Shown piece after piece: positions 39,033-49,000 of a stretch of 64,000 bases of DNA. Below the pieces are notes generated by a model that was not told where the DNA came from, did not search any database, and saw nothing but the letters and a program-made list of their open reading frames with translations. Within the stretch, counting starts at the first letter, position 1, and each line of letters starts with the position of its first letter. Source of the stretch: Rhizaria sp. SCN 62-66 (Eukaryota). Location of the stretch: contig MEDY01000084.1 of NCBI GenBank assembly GCA_001724265.1, forward strand, positions 1-64,000, given 5' to 3'. A program made the position numbers and the translations under genes.

Positions 39033-42000
39033 TCAGATTGCTTCGAAATCGACTGCGGCAACGCGGACCGAGTGATCCTCACTCGCCGTCGCTACCATCA
39101 GCCGTCCACACAGCACAGCACCCGTCTCGGGGCCAGTAGAGCGTGCGCTGGGCACAGAAGCGACCGTGGGCGCGGGGGCGACGCTGATACGCGTTATCGC
39201 GCCAGAGTGTGCACCGCGCGCGTCGGGGGCCGCCAGCGCAACCCACCCGTCCGTAGCGTGATTAGCATTTGCGCTGTTGTCACTGTTGAGAGGACGCGTA
39301 AGAACGCGGAGCGTGCCGTCCTCAAGCCCCATCAACAACACCTGCAAGGCCTGCACGGCTACACTCCCAGTCTGAGTTGAACTCTTGCTCTTACACTCAC
39401 TGTCGCCGCTGCCAGCGCCGGTGAGAGGGACGTAGACCACAGCGCTGGCGAGCGCGGTCACCGAGCAGTGCTGCGCCGGCAGCGGCACCGCAGTCACCGT
39501 CACCGCCGCACGCGCACTCGCACTCGAGGAGTCAGCGCTGTGAGAGTTGGCGCTCTCAGTGATGCGCCACAGCGTCACCGTGCGGTCGCGCGACGCAGTG
39601 ACGAACCCGCTGGCGTCGGGCAGCCAGCACACACACTGCACCTGCCGCGAGTGCGCCTTGCGGGCGGCGGCGAGCGCAAAGCGGGGCACGGGCGCCGCCG
39701 CGGCCGCCGCCGTGGCCGCGGCGGCCGCGCGCTCGGCCAGCTCGTCGGCAGGGACGGCGGCGCTCGCGGCGGCGGCGGCGGAGGCGGCGAGCGAGTCGGT
39801 CGCAGCGTGCAGCAAACCGGCCGCGGCGGGGGCGGCGTCGGGCGGGCTCAGCGCGGCCGCGGAGTCCGTCGCCGCGGCGGCCACGGCGCGGGGGCCTTCG
39901 CGGCGCCACAGGGCGAAGGTCTGGTCACGGCTCACGGTCACCAGGTAACGGTCCGCGTCGAGCTCAGAAGAAGCACAAGCAGAAGCAGAGGTGGAAGAGG
40001 AGACAAGGTGGGTATGCGGGGGCAGCGGAGGCAGTGCGGGTGCGGGGGCAAATGCGAGAGCAGTCACAGTAGCCTGCGAACGGGCGTAAGAAGCAAAGAC
40101 AAACAGAACGAGAAAAAAAGAGTTAAATGTGAGTCTTTCTTAGCAATCTAAATTGAAAATGTCATATAAACCAGAGAAAACAAATAACACTGCTTGAAAT
40201 AGAATCATGCATTAGATTAATCGTGTTACATATCGATGTAACGCGTACCTGATGCGCCATGAGCTCGCCCGCAGGCGCCCACGTGCGTGAGTCCCACAGC
40301 CGTACCCCCGCCGCGGCGGCCTTGCGCGCGTTGGCCGCGGTCGCCACCAGCGGCAGCGCGCGCGCCGCAGTGACTGCCGCGAGGTCGTACGCGTGCCCGT
40401 AGAGCTTCTCGCTCTCTGGCCAGAGCGACGCCGCAACCAAGTCCTCCTCGGTCGGCGGCCGCGCGGCGAAGACTTGTCCCAGCCCGGCGCGCAGGTCAAG
40501 CGGCAGTGGCGCGTCGGCCGCGACGGCGGACTGCGCAAGTCCGCCCGCGGCCACGGGGACTTCGTCGCCCTCGCCGACCGCCTTGTTGGAGAGACCGAGC
40601 TCGGGGCGCGTGGCGGCCCACGCCCGGCGGCCGCGCGCGGCAGCGAAGGCGTGCGCCAGCGCGGCCACGGACGGCGGGGGCACGAACGGCTCAAAATCGC
40701 TCGCACTCGCACTCGTTGCAGAGTCAGCGCTGCTCTGTGACATTGCGTTTGACTGTGAGAATGACTGTGAGCCGGCGCGTGCGACAGAGAGCGCCGCGAG
40801 AGAGCCCAGGAACGGCGCCGGCGCAGTGAACACACGGGGAACTTTCTCTTCCGCGCACGACACGAACGCGTGGGGCGCATGGGGCACCGGTGCCAGAGCG
40901 CAGAGGTCCCACCCGTGCACCTGCGGCCGCGCCAACTCAAACCACGACGACTGAGAACAGGTACTTACGCTGCCCGTGGAGGCACTGAGATTGCGGTTGG
41001 TGACCGTGAGCGCGTCGGTGTATGGCAGCGCCGTGAGAGCGGGGTCGATGCTCTGCGCGCTCCAGGGGCCGAACACGCGCGTGGTCTGGTCTTCCGACAC
41101 CGAGACAACATACGGCGCGGTAACCGTAACACCGCTCTTGCCAGTGCCAGACAGAGCGGAGGACGCGGCAGTTGTAGCGAGCTCGGCGGTATGCGTGGCG
41201 AGAAACAAGTCGCGCACGGGCGCAGTATGGCCGGAGCACAAGGGCGCGGGGACCCACGTCGCGCAGTCGAGAGCCGCCACGATGTCGCCACAGTCAGTAG
41301 AGTCGTCGTCGCCAACAACACAGGCTGAAGCGTCATTCTGCTGCTGCTGCTGCAGCTGCTCTTGCTCCCGGTCGCTACTACACCCGCTGCGGATGAGCTG
41401 CTCCTGGCGCTTGAGCTGTAGCGCAAGTTTACTCTGCACGTGCTCCTGCGTCGTCCGCGCCCACAAGTGAAAACATCCTGAAAAGCCCACTCCCAGCACG
41501 CTACGGCCGCGCGGCCCCCATACGGCGCCGTAGAACCCCAGTGCGTGGCCACCGGCCTCGCCGACGCGCGCCGCGCCAAGCCACTGGGAGGTGCCGAGAG
41601 CGCGGTCGGGCGCCCAGAGCATCAGCGTCTTGTCGGCGGAAGCGGTCAAAAGCACCAGAGGCTGACGCTCAGTCCCCTGATTTGACTGCGAGTACGACTG
41701 TGTGGCAGTGGCGCGTGTGACCGTGGGCAGAAGAGGGTGCCACGCGGCCGTGAGCACCCAGTCGTCGTGGCCGACTAACACCGCTTCAAGTCCCACAGCG
41801 AGCGCGCGCCCTCCGACACGCACAAAGTGCTTCCTCGCCGTCAGCGCCGACCCAACGCCGCCCGCGGTCCCAGTCGCTGCGCTGGCAGCAGAGGGCGCGG
41901 CGGCGGGCTCGGCGGCCGCGGCGTCGTCGTCCGCGTCCGCCGCGCGCGCGCCGGGAGTCGCCGAGCCGTCGCCGAGCACGCCCGCCGCGGCCTCGACCTC

Positions 42001-43245
42001 GGCCTCGGCTTCCGCGGCAGCGGCGGCCTCCGCGGCGGCGGCGGCGCGGGGCGGGGCGGCCACGCGCCAGAGCCGCACGGTTGAGTCCTGAGACGCGGAC
42101 GCAAGCAGCAACGTCGACTGCCGCTGTTTACCGCCATCATCGTCAGCATCGGCGTCGGCAGAGTCGGCATCAGCGGTGTCTGTGTCGGCGCCGGCGCCCG
42201 GAGTGAGAGCGCAGAAGGCCAGCGAGCGGACCCAGTCAGTGTGACCGGCGAGAGTGCACACGTAGCGGAACTGCTCACTCGCCTCGCTGCCGCCGTTGGC
42301 GCTACCCTCACTCTCAATGTTGTTCTTGTCGTTCTTGTTGCTGTGAGAGAGAAGGGCGAAGAGAAGCACAGTGGTATCGACGCCGCCCGCGGCAAGCATC
42401 AGCGCACTGGCTCCGTCTGCAAACGTGTAGGGCGCCAAAGCGAGGGCCTGCATGACCTGGTAAGACGGGAACTGCAGTGACTGGCGGTGCTCGCCGACAG
42501 AAGCCATCGCGGCATCACTTAACTCTGGACTTGTGATGTTCGAACTATTGTTGTTGTTATTGTTGTTGTTGTTGCTGTTGGCGAGTTGCAGAGTGTCGTG
42601 CGCGGTGGGGTGAGGCAGTGCAAACACGTGGATAAACCCGGCAACCGTGGCCGCAGTGAGCACAATGTGACCTTCGTGCGCGGCCGCAGCGACTGCGATG
42701 ACCGAGTCGTCGGAGATGGCAGAGAGACTGGTAGCGGCGCCTGCGGCGACGGCGATGCTTGACTGCGCGCCGTCGCTCAGTGCGGCCGCGGCGCGGGCGA
42801 CGACGGCGGGCGCGAGGGAAAACACGCCTGCACGGACGTAAGAGAGCGGGGACGCGCAGCCCGCCGCGGGGCGCAACGAGGCGCCGCAGGGGAGCGTGTT
42901 TGCGGGGAGCGAGTCCTGGTAGAGGTGCCAGAGCAGGAGCTGGCCGTCGAAGCCGCCTGAGACGAGCGAGCCGAGGTATACACATGATGTAGCTTGATGA
43001 GAAGATACCGCAGGAGCTGAGGGGTCGCGGGGCAGCCAGCGGACGCAGTTGACGTCCTTGGTGTGTCCGCGGAGCGTGGCGACGACGGTGTTCACGCGCG
43101 GGTCGGCGTTGTAGATGACGACGCAGTTGCTGCCGCCATACGCGACGAGGTTCAGCTCGTGGTTCCAGTCCACCACGCTCGGCTCACGGTTGCAGCCAAT
43201 GCCCGTGAAGATGTTGCGGACGGACACAGCTGTTGTGGTCGCCAT
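39033..43245 (-). CDS. ELP2: Elongator complex subunit 2 (WD40); exons 43245-40249 and 40073-39033
   Basis: GCNR, GHTDWVRSL, LLASASQDSTVRLW, LEAVLVGHDDWV, LLTASADKTLMLWAPD, RVGEAGG, SVSEDQTTRVF, ELARPQVHG, EEKVPRVF, LGLSNKAV, PPTEEDL..LWPESEKLYGH, ATASEDHSVR. Intron 40248-40074 (GTACGC...CAG) restores AHQ|ATVTALAF. Confidence 0.93.
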
Positions 43246-43999
43246 TGGCAGCTGTCCGACTGGGGTAAAAAGACAAAAGAGGCAGAGTTGCGGACGAAAG
43301 GAACAATCGTGAGATACCGCTTGACATTCGAGGACATAGAGTATATTAAAAGAGATTACGAGTGAAAACGAGTACTCGTATAGTAAAACTAGATTCAACT
43401 ACTATTTGAAGGACGCTGGCTCGAGATACTGAACTTCAAAGTTCGACCACTTGCGCGTCTTCTCGCAAGCGTATACGGACAACGAGTAGATGCAGTGCTA
43501 CGGTTTTAACAAAATTAGCTGGATATGCACCATAACAATGCGTTAGAGTTTTGAAGGAACTCGTAAAATGTATTGAATTCTACGCAGAAAACGCATATAA
43601 TCATATGTACGGGTTACAGTCCACACTTCACATATCGAACAGAACAAAGAGGGAAACACAATAGGGAAAAGATGGAAGCCAAGAGTCCATCATGCAGAGA
43701 GGCTCAAACATGAAAGAAACTCGCTCCATCCGAATTGTTATGTCACAGCAGACAGTGTCGCCACTGTCCGGTGCAGCTGTGCGTCAGTGACCAGAACATG
43801 AGCGGAACAACGCACGCAGCATTGCCCGCGGCCCTGAAGCCAAGAAAACACAAAAGTGACCGATATACGTCTAGATGATACAGTTAAATCACAATCAAAG
43901 CAGAAACATTAGAAACGCTAATACAAATTACAAATGAACAACAACAAAAAAAAGACACAAAAACAAAACAAGCAACAAAGTGCGTTATGTTTCCATAAC

Positions 44000-45412
44000 T
44001 CAGACAAAAGCCATGGCGAAGGCCTGCGCAGCGTTCACATCAGCACCGGGCGCCGCGGCCGCCTGAGTCGCGGGGCCAGCGGCAGCGTTAGCGCCGGTGC
44101 GGGCCTCCTCAGCGTCGGCGCGCTGCTCGGCGGCGATCGCGGCGGCGGCGGCGTTGGCCTCACGCGCGGACCGAATAGCGGCGAGCTTCTCCTTTGCAAC
44201 GGCGGCGACATCGTGCTCATCGATGAGACGGCGCGTGTAGTCGACGTGGACGAAAGCGCGCTCGACGAGGTCCATGCGCTCGACGGCCTGCTGCAGCGCG
44301 AGTGAGATGTCGTGCGCCTCGCGGACCGTGAGCGTGGGCGGGAGGATGATCTCGATCTCGACAAGGAAGCGCGAGCCGAAGTGGTAGGCGCGCATGACGT
44401 CCAGGGTGAGCAGCTGGGGGTGGTACGTCTCGACGAACTCGGTGAGGCGCTGGGTGAACTCGGCGTCGGCAGAGCGGCCGACGAGCTCGTGGACCTTCTC
44501 CATAGCAATGCCGTACCAGTTGACGGCGATGTAGACGGAGATGACGATGCAGCCCACAGCGTCGGACCACCAAAGGCTCGGGGAGGCGCGGACGAGCACG
44601 ATCGCGATGGCGGCGGCAGCGTTGGAGAGGACGTCGTTGCGGTGGTCAAACGCCAGGGTCTCGACCGTGGAGGAAAGCGAGCCGCGGTAGAGGCAGTACA
44701 TCCACAGCGCAGTCTTGGACGTGATGACGAAGAGGATGATGCCGATTGTGATGAAGTCGATGGGGACTTCGGGGATGTTGCCGCCGATGAAGCCGTCGTA
44801 GAGACCGCCGACGGAGCGGCCGATAAGCTCGAGCGCGGCGATGCACATGAGCGCGGCGCAGGCAATCAGCCCGACGGGCTCGAAACGCGACTTGCCGGCC
44901 GGGTAATCAACCTTGTCCTGAGCGGAGACTGACGTCATGCCCTCGTTGGATAGGTAGATGATCAGCTGAACGAGGAGGTCGAGGAATGAGTCGATGAGCG
45001 AGGCCGCGACGGACATGGAGCCGGAGATGTAGTACGCGGCAAACTTGCCCGAGAAGAGAAGAACGTTGGCCCACAGCGAGAGGTTGATGATAAAGGTAAC
45101 CTCGCCCTGAGTCTCAACAGTTACAGCCTCGCGCTCGTTGACGATCGCCTGCAGCGTGTCTTCGTCGCAAAACGCCAGGTCGGGCACGTACGAGTTCAGC
45201 GCGGTCGCGACGGCAGAGCGCTGCGGCGGCGGCAGCAGCAGGCCCGTCTCGTGGTCGCTGCAGCTCGTCGTGTCGCAAGTGAAAGTCTTCACCAGAGGGC
45301 GCGAGCCGGGCGAGTGGGTCTCGATGCGGTACTGGCGCGCGTGGCCGGAGCCTGGCGAACGCTTGTTCGGCAGCAGTGCCGAATTCTCGGACGAGTGGTG
45401 CGGGGAGCTCAT
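44000..45412 (-). CDS. Cation diffusion facilitator, Mn-CDF clade (plant MTP8-11-like)
   Basis: SGSMSVAASLIDSFLDL (DxxxD), YPAGKSRFEPVG, DHRND (DxxxD), RAYHFGSRFLVEIEI, EAHDISLALQ, VERAFVHVDY. ATG at 45412 directly follows a pyrimidine tract and CAG. Confidence 0.92.
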   Translation of the reverse strand: MSSPHHSSENSALLPNKRSPGSGHARQYRIETHSPGSRPLVKTFTCDTTSCSDHETGLLLPPPQRSAVATALNSYVPDLAFCDEDTLQAIVNEREAVTVETQGEVTFIINLSLWANVLLFSGKFAAYYISGSMSVAASLIDSFLDLLVQLIIYLSNEGMTSVSAQDKVDYPAGKSRFEPVGLIACAALMCIAALELIGRSVGGLYDGFIGGNIPEVPIDFITIGIILFVITSKTALWMYCLYRGSLSSTVETLAFDHRNDVLSNAAAAIAIVLVRASPSLWWSDAVGCIVISVYIAVNWYGIAMEKVHELVGRSADAEFTQRLTEFVETYHPQLLTLDVMRAYHFGSRFLVEIEIILPPTLTVREAHDISLALQQAVERMDLVERAFVHVDYTRRLIDEHDVAAVAKEKLAAIRSAREANAAAAAIAAEQRADAEEARTGANAAAGPATQAAAAPGADVNAAQAFAMAFV

Positions 45413-45445
45413 CTGTCGCCGAGGCCGAGCCGCACGCGAGCGAGC

Positions 45446-45465
45446 GAGAGAGAGAGAGAGAGAGA
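45446..45465. repeat. (GA)n microsatellite; polypyrimidine tract on the minus strand upstream of the CDF start
   Basis: Perfect GA run seen directly. Confidence 0.85.
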
Positions 45466-46037
45466 AAGTAAAAAGTAGAGAAGCCGAGTGAGAATATTGA
45501 AATTTTCCCCGCGATAAGCGCACTGCGTGTGCGATATCGATATATGTTGCAAGACCGGAACATGTTTTTCATGAGTATTCTGACGCGTTGTTCCAAACCA
45601 TGACCGGAATTAGTCGCTACCATGGTGCAAAGTTTGCTTCTCGGAACAACGTCTTCTCTCCACTGCGTGGCGGCAACCGAATGACCGACTGACCGACCGC
45701 CAGGCCTGGTTCCTAAAAACTGGGGGTTGATTTCAAACATGCAGTCTGTTTAGACGATAGATTGTGGCATGATGCGTCTGTGTATGCAAGAATAAGTTGC
45801 TTCATATGGAAATATACTGAGATTTTTTGAGGAATTTCATTTCCAATCTTGCCTGGCTTTCCTTAAGCGGGCCCTATGCTCCTGGCTATGCACACCGGAT
45901 ACTCTCTGCCTCCAACGACTCTCGCCTATGCCCCCATCATCGCGCGCTCACCCCATCGCCCCTTCTCCTTCTCCCCTCACGCGCTTCCCCCGACTATTGT
46001 CTTGCCCCTGCTGTGTCCCGCCCGCGCAGTCGCTGGC

Positions 46038-49000
46038 ATGTCCGCAGGCGCGTCCTTCGTGGCGTTCCCAGTGACAGCGGCGTCGGCCGACGTGGCCCCC
46101 GTGACCCGCCAAGCGTGGAGCGCGGGCGACGTCCCTCACCTCGCCGTCGCGTCCACCGATGCCAAGGTCCGCATCTATCTCGAGGAGGATGACACATGCG
46201 TGCTCCACGACACTCTCACCGCAGAAGCCGGCCGCCGTCTCGCGCCTGCCTCCTCCCAGCAACAGCAACAGCAGAATGGCGGAGGCAACGCAATCAACTC
46301 AGTGCTCGGCGCCACGCCCTGCACCGCGCTGGCCTGGCACCCGACCGCGAACCTCCTCGCGCTGGGCTGGGACGACGGTGCCGTGTCCCTCTGGCGCGAG
46401 GGCGCTGGCACGCTCCTCTGGCTGCCGGCAGACCCCGAGCGTGCCGCCGCCGTAACGGTCCTCGCTTGGTCGACCGCTGACCGTGGCGCGCGCCTGATCC
46501 GCGGTGACTCGTCCGGTCTCGTCACGATCTTCGCGGTCGACCCGCGCGCCGCCGCTCCGCCTGCGGCCCAGCTTTCCCTCTCCGCTGCCGCCGCCGCCGC
46601 CGCTGCCTCAGGCTCAAACTCCACTCCTTCCAATGCTAACTCGATCTCTAATAGCTCGAGCTCTAGTGCAAGTGGCAGTGGTCCGTTGCGGCTGCAGCCC
46701 ATCCGCCGGCTTTTACGCCACGCCGCCATCGCGCACGTCGTCTTCCGCCCTCTTTCCGCCGCCGACGCCGAGTCCGCCCCCATCACAGGTTCCTCGGGCT
46801 CTGGCTCTGGCTCTGGCGCGGGCACGGGTGGCGACTGGTGCCAGCCGTTTTTCTTCGCGACTAAGGCGGGCACCGCGTTCCACTGCGGCGCGACGGGCGC
46901 GTGCTCAGAACTTGCGGCCTACGGCTCTGCGCTCCACGGCATGCGCTGGGACCCGCGCGCCGGCGCGCTTGTCCTCCTCGGCCGCGACGCCGGCTACCTC
47001 GCAGTCACCGTAACCGCGGACGGGCTGCGCGGGGAAGAGCGCCGCGTGCGGCTCGCCGTGCCCGCCGCCAAGGGCGCCGCCGCGGCCGCCGCCGCCGCGG
47101 GGGGCGACTCGGGCTCGGTTTCGTCCTCGGCGGTGTCGACGCTGGCGTGGGTCGGAGATGGCGCACTCGTCGCCGCGGCCGCGGAGGAGCCCGTCGTGCG
47201 GCTCTGGTCGCTGCGCACCGCGCACGCCTTCACACTTCCGCTCCCGGCGCTGGCCGCGGGCGGCGGCGGCGGCGCGGGCAACACCGGTCCCGTCAAGGCG
47301 GTTTCTGTGGCGTACGACCCCGCGCAGAGGTTGCTGCTGGTCGGCACGGACTCGTGCCATCTGTGCATGTGGCGCTGGGTCGGACAAGACTCCTCGTCCG
47401 CGTCCAACGCCAACTCTGCTGCGGCGAGTAACGACGATGACGATGACGACGACGAGGCCGGCCCGTCCGCGGCGGACTGGGTGTCCCTGCCGCCGCTCCG
47501 CGTCTCCGACACGATCCGCGGTTTCGCAGTGCGCGTCCCGGCGTCCACAGGCGCCGACCCCAGCGCCAGCGCCGCGGCGGGGCCCGCGGACGCGCTTGTC
47601 TCGGCCTCTCTCGGCGTGCATCTAGTGTGCGTGAAGCCCTCGCAGCACTGTTCGGCCACTGCGCCCGGCTGGGCCGCGGTGCAGATCGGCCCCACCACAG
47701 TCGCCATCGAACGCACCGACGTGCCGCCCGCGCTCGCGCACGATGCCGGCAGCGGCGTCGACTCGCTGTCCGCCTCCTCAGCAACCACCGCGTCGTCGCC
47801 GACCGAGCGCGCGGCCGCTGCCGCCGCGGCTGCGTCGGCCACGACGCCGATCAACGGCCCGCGCCTCCTGTGGCAGCTGCCGTTTATCCCGCGCACACTC
47901 GTCGTCCGCGACGGTATCGTAGTCGCAAGCAACGGCCGCAAAGCCGAAGTCGCCGACGCGCACGCGCCTGTTGCCGCGGCCAACGGCGCCGAGCCTGCGC
48001 CGTCCGTCGTGGGCCGTTTCGCCGCGCGCACGCGTTTGCTCGCGATCGGCGCACGCGAGAGCGGCTCGCTCTTCGCCGTCACCGGCGGGGCCAAGATCGA
48101 GGTTGTCAACTACCAGGGCGTGGTCAAGTCGGTCATCCCGCTCGCGTCCGACACCGACGGCGCGCCCGCGCTGTTATCGCTCGCCGCCCCGCCCGCCGGC
48201 AGCGCCGCCGCGGCCGCGGGCGCCGGCGCGTTCCTCGCCTGCGTCACCACGCTTGGCGTGCTGAAGCTTTGGGATGTGTCTCGCCGCGAGCCCCGCGCTG
48301 TGGTTACGGCGCGGCATTTGTTGCGCGATCCCGCGGTGCGCGGTGCGCTTCCGCCCTCCGCCGCCGCCAAGGCCGCCAAGGCGCGCGCCACCTCCGCCGC
48401 CGCTACTAACGCCAACGCCAACAACGACGCTGCTGCTGCTGCGGTGCCGCGCGCGCGCGTGTCGATGCTCGCCGGCATGCGCATCGGCGCCAGCGCAGCC
48501 GACAGCGCCGACCGCAAGGGCTCCGCGGGCGCCTCGCGCGGCGGAATCACCGGCCGCGGCCGGTCCGGCTCCACCGCGGTCGATGACGACAGCGCCAACT
48601 CGCGCTGGGAAGCTCAGTTCGCCGACTGGCAGGTCACGCACGTGTGGCCGTCCCCCACGGGCGCCCGCGTTGCCTTTGCCGTGCGCTCCACGCGTAGCCC
48701 GTTCACCGGACAGCTCCCCAGCGCCGCCGCCGCCGCGGTCGCCGGCCCGGACTCGCGCCTGTTTGTGTACGATACCGACGCCGACACGGTCGCCGTGCAC
48801 GACTTCGGCGGCGCTGCGAACGCCGCCAACAGCGCCAACAGCGGCAGCAGCAGCGCGATGGCGGCCGTCGGCGTTGGCGCTGGCAGCCGCGGCGCCGGCG
48901 GCCGTGGCGGGTCCCTGGGCGCCGCGAGCGCTGCACTGGCGCGCGCGCTGCCCGTCGCCGTGCCCGTCGCGGCCGCGTGGGACCCGTCGCACCCCGCGGT